Origin: Macrostomum hystrix
Taxonomy: Eukaryota; Animalia; Platyhelminthes
Length of the DNA: 64,000 nucleotides
Reading direction: 5' to 3'
NCBI GenBank assembly: GCA_950097015.1
Contig: CATNEN010000002.1
Coordinates: 1,612,001-1,676,000, forward strand
Each line of letters begins with the position of its first letter. Within the stretch, counting starts at the first letter, position 1. A program made the translations under genes and the position numbers. The notes under the pieces are model-generated. The model ran no database searches. It was not told where the DNA came from and saw only the letters and a program-made list of their open reading frames with translations. Positions 50,981 to 63,129 of this stretch are shown here, in pieces.

Positions 50981-53900
50981 TCAGAGAGTTGTGTAGGTCA
51001 GCTGATGCTGCTGCTGCTGACGGCCATCTTGCGAGGTGACTGTTGTCACAGCTGATGGCACAAGGGCAACGCTGCTAGCAACGGTGGCACCGCCCGAGGC
51101 GGCAGCCGCAGCGGCAGCCTGCAGCTGGCTGGGGTCAAGGAGCAGCAGATTGGCAAAGCCCAACTGTTGGGCGGCGGCAGCGGCTGCGGCGGCAGCGGAA
51201 GTGCCAGCACTGCCGTCGGCTGCCGCGGCTGTGACGGCGGCGGCTGCGTCGGCCGGTTGAAGAATCTGGAGCTGCGGTCTCAGGTAGGCGGCTGCCGCGG
51301 CGGCGGGATTTCCGCCGGTGGGATCAGCGGGATTAGCAGCCAGCTGGTAGTAGAGTGTGGGCTGGTAGATCTGCCACTCATAGTGCCCGGGTTGTTGAGT
51401 GATCAGTGCGTACTGCTGAGGCATCGCTGTGGCTTCCACTTTAACGCCACGCTGAGCCACCTGCTGCTGGAGCTGCTGCTGCTGCTGCTGCAATTGCTGC
51501 TGCTGCTGCTGCAATTGCTGCTGTTGAATAGCGGAAATCTTCGCCTGTACGGCTTCTTTGGAGTCTATAACAACACTGGCTGAGGCGGCTCCTGAGGCGG
51601 CAGCCGTAACTGCGGCAGCTTCGGCGCGAGCTTTCTCAGCGGCTGCCTGGTTGAGCTGGGCCAATTCAGCTTTTCGCTTGCGCCGGCGTTCGGCCTTGCG
51701 GACACTCTTAGGATCCGGCTGGGTGACACGCATCTCGGTGTAGTCGGTGAAGACAACGTCCGCGTCGTTCAAATGCGAAGTGACGCCGACAACGTAGTCG
51801 CGCAGTTTCCTCAGTGCGGTGTAGAATGGCAGCTTGTCGGCCGCCCTAGGCAACTGGGCACATCTGGCACTGCTTGACGGCATTACAAACAGCACAATGT
51901 CCGTGCCAACCAGAGGCTCCGGCTGCTTGCCCATGTAGAAATTCTTGTTGCCAACGAAGGCCTCGTAGATGCCTGCGGGGAAGGTTAAGAGCGGATTACA
52001 GTAGGGAGTGAAGCGGAAGATTTGAGTAGGGTGTGAAGGGATGGATTTGAGTAGGGTGTGAAGGGATGGATTTGAGTAGGGTGTGAAGGGGCAGATTTGA
52101 GTAGGGTGTGAAGGGGCAGATTTGAGTAGGGATGTGAAGGGGCAGATTTGAGTAGGGAGTGAAGGGCAGATTTGAGTAGGGAGTGAAAGGGCAGATTTGA
52201 GTAGGGATTGAAGGGGCGGATTTGAGTAGGGTGTGAAGGGATTGATTTGAGTAGGGTGTGAAGGGGCAGATTTGAGTAGGGAGTGAATGGGCAGATTTGA
52301 GTAGGGAGTGAAGGGGCGGATTTGAGTATGGAGTGAAGGGACGGATTTGAGTAGGGAGTGAAGGTGCAGGTTTGAGTAGGGTGTGAAGGGGAAGAATTCG
52401 GATACTAAAACGAGAAACGAGAAGCCTGATAAAAGTGATGATTTCTATCAGTAAAATTGGGAGGAAATATGAGTACAGTTGACACTGCTTAAAAATACAG
52501 TCGTGCGGATAATCGAGCACAGTGGCGGGGACAAGTCTGTATTGGGTGGAAATATGAGAAGCTACAGCGGAGGCAGTCAATGACAGCGGAGGCAGATACG
52601 CCCCTTATTGGTCAGGGAAGACTGACATAAGACAGATAAGTCATTTAACAGAAGGGGTGGAGGGATTCTGTAAAACTGTAGTAGGGAAGCGGAAAGGATT
52701 CTGTAAACCTGTAGTATGGGAGCGGAAAGGATTCTGTAAACCTATAGTAGGGGAGCGGAAAGGATTCTGTAAACCTGTAGTAGGGGAGGCGGAAAGGATT
52801 CTGTAAACCTGTAGTAGGGGAGCGGAAAGGATTCTGTAAACCTGTAGTAGGGGAGCGGAAAGGATTCTGTAAACCTGTAGTTGGGGAGCGGAAAGGATTC
52901 TGTAAACCTGTAGTAGGGGAGCGGAAAGGATTCTGTAAACCTGTAGTAGGGGAGCGGAAAGGATTCTGTAAACCTGTAGTAGGGGAGCGGAAAGGATTCA
53001 GTAAACCTGTAGTAGGGGAGCGGAAAGGATTCCGTAAACCTGTAGTAGGGGAGCGGAAAGGATTCTGTAAACCTGTAGTAGGGGAGCGGAAAGGATTCTG
53101 TAAACCTGTAGTAGGGGAGCGGAAAGGATTCTGTAAACCTGTAGTAGGGGAGCGGAAAGGATTCTGTAAACCTGTAGTATGGGAGCGGAAAGGATTCTGT
53201 AAACCTGTAGTATGGGAGCGGAAAGGATTCTGTAAACCTGTAGTAGGGGAGCGGAAAGGATTCTGTAAACCTGTAGTATGGGAGCGGAAAGGATTCTGTA
53301 AACCTGTAGTAGGGGAGCGGAAAGGATTCTGTAAACCTGTAGTATGGGAGCGGAAAGGATTCTGTAAACCTGTGGGGAAACAGTCTGAAATTGACATGAC
53401 TCACCTTTGCCATTGAAGACGGCAATCTTAGGCTTGTACTTTTTCAGTTTGGTCAAAAGAATTTCGGCGCCCTCTTTCATCTCTTTGCGAGTTAAATCGG
53501 CGGCACCTTTTGTTGGCCGGGTGCAGACGTTGGTAAATCCGATGCCGAACTCGCAGATCCGATGATCATCGTGACAGGTGAGCGGCTCGGCTATGAGGCC
53601 GCTCTCAGTTAGGCAGGACCAGAAGTGATTGCCCGGCCCAGCGTAGTGATGACCAACGTAGGCCGATGTGATGCTGGGATTGATGCCGATCTGAGAAAAT
53701 ATTGTTTTTTAGCAGGCTTGTTCGAATTGCACTACTTGTGAGTAGAAATATCAACATTTACGAGTATATTGCGTCGATTTACGAGTATAAATATTTTAAA
53801 TTAATTCATATAAAATGCGAAGTAATTAAAATATTCGAGTAAAAAATAATAAATTGGAAATTTAAATAGCTACTTTTTGCGCGGCACTTTTAAAGCTTGT

Positions 53901-56168
53901 GCACTGCGGTTCAGTCCGTGGACTGGCAAACTGCAGCACCCACACAAAATTTCTACCTCAGGTGAACCGAAAAAACTAGTCTCATCTCATCTTATGTTGA
54001 GATTGGAGTCTAGTCTCATCTTATCTTCTATTGAGATTGGAGTCTAGTCTGATCTCATCTTATGTTGAGATTGGAGTCTAGTCTGATCTCATCTTATGTT
54101 GAGATTGGAGTCTAGTCTCATCTTATCTTCTATTGAGATTGGAGTCTAGTCTGATCTCATCTTATGTTGAGATTGGAGTCTAGTCTGATCTCATCTTTTG
54201 TTGAGATTAGAGTCTAGTCTGATCTCATCTTATGTTGAGATTGGAGTCTAGTCTGATCTCATCTTATGTTGAGATTGGAGTCTAGTCTGATCTCATCTTA
54301 TGTTGAGATTGGAGTCTAGTCTGATCTCATCTTATGTTGAGATTGGAGTCTAGTCTGATCTCATCTTTTGTTGAGATTAGAGTCTAGTCTGATCTCATCT
54401 TATGTTGAGATTGGAGTCTAGTCTGATCTCATCTTATGTTGAGATTGGAGTCTAGTCTGATCTCATCTTATGTTGAGATTGGAGTCTAGTCTGATCTCAT
54501 CTTATGTTGAGATTAGAGTCTAGTCTGATCTCATCTTATGTTGAGATTGGAGTCTAGTCTGATCTCATCTTTTGTTGAGATTAGAGTCTAGTCTGATCTC
54601 ATCTTATGTTGAGATTGGAGTCTAGTCTGATCTCATCTTATGTTGAGATTAGAGTCTAGTCTGATCTCATCTTATGTTGAGATTGGAGTCTAGTCTGATC
54701 TCATCTTATGTTGAGATTGGAGTCTAGTCTCATCTTATCTTCTATTGAGATTGGTAATTTGACACAAATTTGAAACAAAAAAGCAACAGAACAGAGGTGA
54801 TTTAGCCAGCGAAACTCACCACAACCATGTCCAGACCCTCGGCCAGATAGTCCGGCAGGATGTTGGTACCAGGCTGCGGCTCGTTGTTCTCGTCAAAAAC
54901 GATTTGTTCGCGAAATTTTTCGCAACGCGGACAACTGCCAATGAGCTCGAGATCGTGTCGCTGGCGTCGGGTTAGAGCACTGGAAAACAAACAGTGTCAT
55001 TTGTAATCAGATTAGTAGAAGATTATCCAGAAACTGTGTCACTTGTAATCAGATTAGTAGAAGATTATCCAGAAACTGTGTCATTTGTAATCAGATTAGT
55101 AGAAGATTATCAAGAAACAGATTAGTAGAAAATAATCCAGAAAAAACAAGAAATCAATGTCTCGAGTACTCACTCCTCCAAAGACTTGCTCAGGCCGGGA
55201 ATCAGGGGCTGAGTCACCGAGGCGGACGATGAGCAAGGCTGAGAATTAGACGGACTGGCTGGGGTGCCGCCGTTCACTCCGACCTGCGGCTTCCGATCGG
55301 CTGCGATAGCGGCGCCAATGGGGTCCGTCGGCTCGGCCTTGGCTTCCAGTGGAGCCACCGGCTCCATCTTGGGCACAGCAACAGCCGCGGCATCATTGTT
55401 GACGTCAGCGGCTTCACTGGCGTCTTCTATCCAGCTGGCTGCCTGTCTGGCTGCTTCGCTTTCTTCAACATCGGCAGCTTCAGTGGCATTCATGACGCTG
55501 TCGCCAAGGCCAAGGTTGCTAGAGGCCGACATCTCGGCCGAGGCGGCTTCAGTCTTGATGTCTGTCATTGCAATGTCTAGTTGGCAATCAATTGACGACG
55601 CTGCCAACATTGACGATTCCTGATTGGCTAGCGAATGATTTGCTGCATGATTCTGGTTGACTAGAGCATCGTCCGCTTCTACGCTTTGATTGATCAGAGC
55701 AATAACAGCGTCAGCAATCTGATTGGCGTCGTCAATACCAATATCAGTCATCTGATTGGATGGCGCATTAACAGCGGCTTCGCACTGATTGATCGGCGCT
55801 GAATCCGTGTTTTGGACTTTATTTGCGTGCACAGAATCAGTAGTCTCATTCTGATTGGCTGGCGCATTGTCAACGACTTCGCTCTGATTATTTAAGGCTG
55901 CATCGCTAGCCTCGCTCTGATTGGCTAGAGCGCTATTTGCCGCTTCGTGCGCCAGCAAATCTTCGACAACTTCGCCTAGATTTGGTAAGACGCTATCAGC
56001 TGCCACTTCGCTCTGATTGGCTGGCAAAGCGTCGTATTGAAATTCGATGCCCTCCATGGCCTCAATGCCAGCTGGTAGACAATCATTATGCTTGCTATTA
56101 GTAGCAGCAGACTGGCTGTTATCGTCGTGGGTCGGCCCAACAGGGGCCTCCTCCTGCCCAGAGCTCAT
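50981..56168 (-). CDS. TDG: G/T mismatch-specific thymine-DNA glycosylase (TDG/MUG family), ~810 aa, 4 coding exons
   Basis: Exons 56168-55174, 54979-54820, 53690-53405 and 51972-50981 in phase. Motifs LPDYLAEGLDMVVIGINPS, GHHYAGPGNHFW, GIGFTN, KIAVFNGK and VMPSSSARCAQLPRA match the TDG catalytic domain. Long acidic N-terminus and polyQ/polyA C-terminus with a psi-KxE site (GVKVE). Confidence 0.95.
52000..52400. repeat. Intronic minisatellite, ~25-bp unit gatttgagtagggagtgaaggggca
   Basis: TDG intron 3, next to the acceptor. Confidence 0.92.
52660..53375. repeat. Intronic minisatellite, 33-bp unit gggagcggaaaggattctgtaaacctgtagtag
   Basis: About 21 copies in TDG intron 3, next to the donor. 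Confidence 0.97.
53980..54755. repeat. Intronic minisatellite, 34-bp unit tctagtctgatctcatcttatgttgagattggag
   Basis: About 22 copies in TDG intron 2, with an internal ATCTCA/TGAGAT dyad. Confidence 0.97.
55000..55140. repeat. Intronic tandem repeat, 42-bp unit, ~3 copies
   Basis: catttgtaatcagattagtagaagattatccagaaactgtgt in TDG intron 1. Confidence 0.9.
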
Positions 56169-56324
56169 GCTTCAGCGCGCAAGGCTTGATGCTGCAATAA
56201 AAAAATTGCATAGGAAAAAGTAAAGCAAAATATTTCATAAGTTCTACTGTTAGTAGCATAACTAGTGATTATGAGATAATTAAAAAAAAAGAAAAAAATA
56301 GCGTAATAGTTTTCATTTTAAATT

Positions 56325-56330
56325 TTTATT
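56325..56330 (-). terminator. Polyadenylation signal AATAAA of the upstream zinc-protein gene
   Basis: About 100 nt after the TAA at 56431, followed by a U-rich tract at 56281-56300. Confidence 0.6.
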
Positions 56331-56430
56331 TCTTTTTTTCTTCGAAAGCACACACAAAATGCAAAATCGCAATAATCCTACTAATAGTAATAGACGCTAT
56401 AAATTCTTAATGCCATTTTCAGTTTCGATT

Positions 56431-58411
56431 TTATCGTTTAGGCGTTCCAGCAGACAGTAGCGATAGAAAAGAAGCCATACTGCTACCGGCTGCGCTGCCG
56501 GAAGCAGCTGTCGGCCTGCCCTGCTGCTGCTGGAGCAGTTTCACTCGGCACAGAGTCTTATTGTATTTCATAGCCTTGCCACTGTGGCTGCTTGGCGTGC
56601 TGCTGGAACTTGTCTGCTGTTGAACTGGCGGCGTCTTGGGACTCGCCGAGACTACCGGGGCGGCAGAAGATCGGCGGGCTGTTGAGGAAGGAGTCGCCGA
56701 CGAGTCTAATCGAAATGCGCTTCGGTGACGGCAGGATTGGCAGACAACGCGAACCTATGGGTCAGACATAGACATAGGCATATAATGCGTATGATGTAAT
56801 AAACTAACATGGGATAATGCGTTAACTTGAGACTTTCGTGCTGAAGGATCAGTCCGACCTGAATTCTTTAGAGATATGAAGAATTGGGATCTATCTGAAG
56901 GATAAGTATCTGAAAGATACTTATCCTTCAGGATAAGTATAGGATATAGACGCCGATCCCTAAGAAGGATAGGGATCTGAAGGATGGGGATCAGAAGGAT
57001 AGGGATCAGAAGGATTGGGATCAGAAGGATTGGGATCAGAAGGATAGGGATAAGAAGGATAGGGATCTGAAACATAAGGATCTGAAGGATAGGAATATGT
57101 AGGATAAGGATCAGAAGGATAGGGATCTGAAGGATAGGTATCAGAAGGATAGGGATCTGAAGGATAGGTATCAGAAGGATAAGGATCTGAAACATAAGGA
57201 TCTGAATCTGAAGGATTAGAATATGTAGGATAAGGATCTGAAGGATAGGGATCTGAAGGATAGGGATAAGAAGGATAGGGATCTGAAACATAAGGATCTG
57301 AAGGATAGGAATATGTAGGATAAGGATCAGAAGGATTGGGATCCGAAGGATAGGGATCTGAAGGATAGGTATCAGAAGGATAGGGATCTGAAGGATAGGT
57401 ATCAGAAGGATAGGGATCAGAAGGATAGGTATCAGAAGGATAAGGATCTGAAGGATAGGGATCAGAAACATAAGGATCTGAATCTGAAGGATAGGAATAT
57501 GTAGGATAAGGATCTGAAGGATGGGGATCAGAAGGATTGGGATCTGAAGGATAGGGATAAGAAGGATAGGGATCTGAAACATAAGGATCTGAAGGATAGG
57601 AATATGTAGGATAAGTATCAGAATGATAGGGATCAGAAGGATAGGGATCTGAAGGATAGGTATCAGAAGGATAGGTATCAGAAGGATAGGGATCTAAAGG
57701 ATAGGTATCAGAAGGATAGGTATCAGAAGGATAGGGATCAGAAGGATAGCCTGGATAGGGATCTAAAGGATAGGTATCAGAAGGATAGGTATCAGAAGGA
57801 TAGGGATCAGAAGGATAGCCTGGATAGGGATCTAAAGGATAGGTATCAGAAGGATAGGTATCAGAAGGATAGGTATCAGAAGGATAGGGATCTAAAGGAT
57901 AGGTATCAGAAGGATAGGTATCAGAAGGATAGGGATCAGAAGGAACTGGGAGGCTGAAGGGATCTGAAGAGACTCTGCTTAAGGATTCGAGGAAATTAAA
58001 GTCGAGAAGACTGAAACATTAATGTATATATAATAGGTGGAGTTTCTCATTGATCAATGATCTCACCATTTGTTTCCCGGCCATGACAGTTTCAGCCGCA
58101 GCCAAGCCGCCAAACCTTTTAGCCAATCGTTTTCTCTTTCGTCTTAGTTTCCACCGGCCAATTATTTTGAGATTGCTGTCTCCAACTGTAGGCTTCTGCT
58201 GCAGCCCTAGGCAACCAGGGCAAATGGAACGCTGCAGCAGCTCTTGAGTAGTCCAGGTTGAGCAACATTTCTCTAGTTTCAATTCAAGCCAACGTGCTGT
58301 CATATATTTCTGTAGTTTTTCTGCTTTTTTCCCATCCAGAACATCTGAGCGACGAATTGTGTGCAGAAATTGGATTGTCTTTTTTAAATCTGGTCCTGCA
58401 TTGGGGTCCAT
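56431..58411 (-). CDS. Rpr2/Rpp21/SNM1-type CxxC...CxxC protein resembling C18orf21 (RMP24, RNase MRP subunit), 222 aa, 2 exons
   Basis: Exons 58411-58067 and 56754-56431, phase 0, gtgaga donor. ICPGC...basic linker...VVCQSC, an S/T/P-rich tail and C-terminal ASFLSLL resemble the recalled C18orf21 architecture. Family call is from memory only. Confidence 0.65.
56960..57950. repeat. Intronic minisatellite, ~15-bp unit gaaggatagggatca/ct with variants
   Basis: Fills most of the 1.3-kb intron. Confidence 0.95.
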
Positions 58412-59899
58412 TTCTGTAAGACAAGTGCTCAGATAAGTATAGTTATGTTTAATGCAAACACTACAGTTTTGCTGAGGGCAAGCATTATGAGAAACTTATA
58501 ATAAACTAAAGTTGTAGAAATAAGCCCTCATTTCACCCTTTAAGTTTCACCCCAGGAGTCTCTCACTATAAAGTCTTAATTTAGTGCATAGGTAATTAAA
58601 TGTATGTCTTCTGACTCAGTTTGGTTTTAACTGTTATTCATTTAAAAATATTGATGGCCTTAGCCAACTAACTTCTTATAAAATTGCAGAATTTATGAAT
58701 GTGATGTTTTGGTTTGAATTAATATTTAAACTTGTAGCAACATTAAAAAGGCAAGGTTTTGTTTTCTTACCATGAGATTCTTGAAAAGCTACTTGAAGAT
58801 TAAGATCAAGAAGAGTACAATAAGATTATTACAATGTAACAATTATATAACAGATTAACTGGTAAATTAGCTTTGGGCTTGTCAAAGTCATAATCAGGCT
58901 GCTTATTGCTTCAAGATTTGGTTGAGCATTAATATGCATATCATAAAGCAAAACACATTAGGAAAAAATGGAATTACTTTAGGGAAATGGATACCTTAGA
59001 TTAAAGAAGTCTGCTAAAGCTGCTAGGATAATAGGGACAGTTGACCAATTGTAAGGGAATTGGCCAAATTTTGGAATATAAAAAATGTTTCATTCTTGAC
59101 TTTGTTCTTTCAAATCAAGAAATTTAATTTTTTTATTTTTTTACACTTAGGCCTTACCCTCATAAGCAACTAAGTTTGATTTTAAAATTGGTTTATGTAT
59201 AACGAAGGTAAACTTTGGCTAAAATCTAAGTTTCTTATTTTTTCTGTTTTTTTGCTTTTGTGCTCATTCCTTTTCTCCCATGTTAGATTAAGCTAAATAT
59301 ACCTATCTTTTGATTTTTTTGCATTTGGTAAGTTAGACTTACTTGCTTAGCTCACATTTTACCTGGCCCATTATTAGGTGTAAGGTAGTAAGTATGATTT
59401 AGATTTTAAATATTTTTAATGCTTTCCAAGAGTGTTTTTATGTTCCATTTATGCTTAAGCTTGGCTTTGACCTAATTTGAAGTTAATAATTGCAATTTTA
59501 GCTAGCTAAGTATAGTAAGATGTAACAGGAAACTAAAACATGCACCCATAAACCAAAACACTAATATTAGCATATTTCAATAATTTAACAGTTTACTCCT
59601 ACTCTTACTTAAGCCAAGGCTTGCTTAATGTAAATGACTGCCATAACTTTGTCCTCATAAAAGCAATAACACTTCAATGTTTCATAAAATGAATATAGGG
59701 GATAAGCTAATTTAACATAAAATATACTTTATTGAACTAGTATATTTTTCAATTTCGTTTTCTCTTACGAGCAGAAATGGGGCGAAATTTGGGGGGATTG
59801 TGGCCCAAAATATGCTAGGCTTATCTGTCCAACTAAAACTTAAAGACGTGCATTTAAAGCCAAATTGGAGGAAAAACTTCTCAGAGTGATTTAGTTCTA

Positions 59900-60250
59900 A
59901 AGTCCTCACTTAGATCTTGGTTTGTACACACACAAACTTTAAGAGTCACAAATAATTGTTGGCCTAGTCACTTAGCTATAATAATGAAAAATTCTTATCA
60001 ATTTTGAAGAAGTAGTAGTTGCAATTTCCGGGAACTGAATTTCTTTGTTTAAACTTCGCGACATCCAGTTTAAACAAAAAAATTTTCAGTATATTTACTT
60101 CTAATCAGTTTTTAAGTTTTCCAGTTGTCTACTTATATAATAATATAATTAAGTGTATACCTTCAAAAATAAATAAAATAATACTATTTAGGTAAATATC
60201 GAATTCGTTAATTTCAAATGTTTGTATTGTTTCCCGGAAAATCATTAATC
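59900..60250. promoter_or_regulatory. Probable bidirectional promoter core
   Basis: Lies between divergent genes; minus-strand donor near 59908, plus-strand donor near 60192, two TTCCnGGAA sites at 60026-60034 and 60231-60239. Confidence 0.35.
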
Positions 60251-61425
60251 GATGTATTCACAAATGCATTAGTCATACATAGAAATACAAAACTAATTAA
60301 TTATGTATTATCCTTCTCCATTATGTTATTCGTTCTATTCATGTATGTTGACGTTTAAATTTTAGTATGCGTAAAACTATTTAGGTTTCGTTTTTGTATA
60401 GTGGATTTATAAAGTGTAATTATTATTTACAGGGAAAAGCACCCATTATTTATTCTTACATACCAAAAAATGTTTTTAACGTATTGGCACCTTCTAAAAG
60501 AAAATTATGAAGTTTGCTTTTATCGCTTTTCTTTTCGTATTTTACAATAAAATAAGAAGCAGTCTAGTTCAAACAATTTGTATTTTGTCTGTTCGCACTT
60601 AATCAAATTAGTGGGGAATCAAATAATTCCGGAGTCAGTTATTACTTATTGTACTAATTATCAAAAGAGTTTTGAGGGACTTCCTATGTCCAGTTATAGT
60701 ACTAAAAAATAAGAAAAAAATTTACCTGTTTTTATTTTACTCTAGCATCTTAGCTATCAAATTTATGTAATTTTATCAGAAACAAGGAGTACAGAAAGTA
60801 TATATTTTGAAATGCCAGACATTGATGAAGCTTGCTTAAAGCTTTGCAAGATAAATTATTTAAATTGAAATAAAAATGAAGGAAACATTTTAAACAACAA
60901 CAGTGTGTATAGGCTTTTGATGTTTAAGGTCAACAGTCTTTAGTGCTACAGTACCTTTGCTAATAACTTTCATACTTTTGCTAATGTATTAAGGTAACAA
61001 GACCCTCTTATTTACCCAAAGTAATGTTTTATGCATTCTAACTCATATTTTTCTAGTTTTCTGATAAGTGGGCCTTATCACCATAGTACAATAGAAATAG
61101 TCTGCAGTTTATTGGCTTCTGGTTTTTGTATTTACCAGTAGCTGAGTGGTAAGAACACCAGAAAAACAACTAAAGGATTGGCAGTTTAATTACTAAATCT
61201 ATATTGAAAATTTGTGACCTTTAGCAAGTCCAAGATACTTAACTGTCTGTACAATGTAAAATATAAAACTATTTAGTCTTGATTTTTGCAACTGCATGAT
61301 GATATTTGTAAGTAAAAAACATTTTACTTAGGAGTTCAAATTTATATTCCTTGGTTGAATTCGCTTTACATTTCTCTAATTTATTTTCAGCAATGGCTGC
61401 TTTTAGCTTCTAGTTTTGCACAAGC

Positions 61426-62850
61426 ATGCCAGAACTACATCCTGTTTTCCAATTTCTGACAAGTGGGTCTGAGCACAGAAGTGAGCGTGCCACAAACCAG
61501 TCATGGCACTATCAGCCTTCTAGTCTGATTGGATCAAAAAATCTAGCACCAATTAGACAAGACTCAAATGGAACAAAAAACTGTAAGCCTAGTACTGAAA
61601 ATGTGACTAAAATGGGCACAAGTGCTCAACTTACATCTGGCGCTTCGTTTAAGTTTCAATCATTGAACCAGTCAGGTAAGGATTTTATTACTGTAATTGA
61701 TCACCATAATATGCAATTTTATTAGTTTATTATTTACTTTCTTGCTTCAGCTCCACTGACATCACTGCATGGTATAGGATCTTTGACAACGACCAGTATG
61801 CCATATGCAGCTGCTACTAAAGCTTTGCCTTTAACATTGGTATGTCTGCAAGTCAATGTTTCATTATTTATTACCATTTCGTTATCAGTGACAATATCTT
61901 TATCGCTTTTTATCTAGAATCTAGGCCTGTCTAGCTCATCAACCAGTGGAGTTAGCTTGGTTCGAAGCATTGAGAAAACTGCGGTGTCTCGTGAGCCACC
62001 GGCCCTCCAGACTTGCGGTCCGCTAAATGAGCTGCAATTCGTTTTACTATTGGACAGCTCTGTGAGACCCAAGGATAAGCAAAATTATCGGCGAATGATT
62101 GTGACCAACGGAGGCATTGTGTCATGCATCATTACTAGGAAGGTTAGTGAGAAAATTGCACAGATTTTTATGCTTGCTACTCTAAGCACCTTGGTCACCT
62201 TATATCTTACTAATGGGTTGAGAATTAAAGTTAGGTGCACGTTTTTTATTGGCTGAGTTCCGATTGGGCTACGGGGTTAGAAAGTTTTTAAGCAATTAGT
62301 CTTATCTGAATAGCTAGAGGGATAGGCAAACTAATAGAGTCCAGGGTAGAAAAGTATGACTCAGAGCCGCGTCTGATTGGCTGAAAGGTCAGGAAAATAC
62401 ATTTTAACGAATTTTTAAGGTTGTTAAGCTACCATTCACAATGATAAAAACAGATTAACTACCTGATAGTCTCTGACGGCATTGAGTTGGATAATTCAAA
62501 AATTCGTCACGCCCTGAGTCTTGGCAAGCCGGTTGTTCGTCTCGGCTTTCTTGACGCCTGCCTAGCCGCCGGTCGACTAGTAGAAACTGATGAGTTCATT
62601 GCGGCCGGCAAATCTGCTAGCAAACTCTTTCAACAAGGAGCCATTCGGAGTGAGTTATCTTGTGCTCATTGTAGTGACTCCATGTATTAATGCGTGTTAA
62701 AAAGCAAATACTAATTTGAATTTATCAGTGCCCGAGAAGCCTGATGTACCAATATTTCGGCTGCAGAGTGTTACAAGTTTTCCGGAATCGCCTAAAATCG
62801 TTACGCCCAGCGATCGCTTTGAACTGCTCCGGCACGCCATATTTGTTAAG
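61426..62850 (+). CDS. PARP4: 5' part of a BRCT-containing protein, most likely vault PARP (PARP4-like); continues beyond the window
   Basis: Exons 61426-61675, 61751-61839, 61918-62142, 62454-62649 and 62729-62850 chain in phase. BRCT motifs (IVTNGGIVSCIITRK, KPVVRLGFLDACLAAGRLV) followed by GKSASKLFQQGAI resemble invertebrate PARP4 N-termini. Catalytic domain not in the window. Confidence 0.7.
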
Positions 62851-63129
62851 GTTTGTTTTAACAATTGGAGCAATCGTCTTTAGCTGAATTCTTTGTTAGA
62901 TGGGACATGTTAGTCACCTGATTCTTTCAATTAAAGCCACACTTATCTATTTCTATTGCCTGTGAACACTGATGTGTCTTTTTGGCGACAGAAAAGCGAC
63001 TCAAACGCTTCTCAAACGTCCCAAACGCTTCTAAAAAAACTGAAACGCTTCTCTAAAGTCTCAAATTCCACTTTAATGACTTATAGCTTCTCAAACAACT
63101 CAAATGCTTCTTAAACGTCTCAAATTCTC

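Noticed and set aside
53980-54755. CRISPR-like 34-bp repeats with an internal dyad
   Set aside because: Units are contiguous with no unique spacers, there are no cas genes, and the array lies in a eukaryotic intron.
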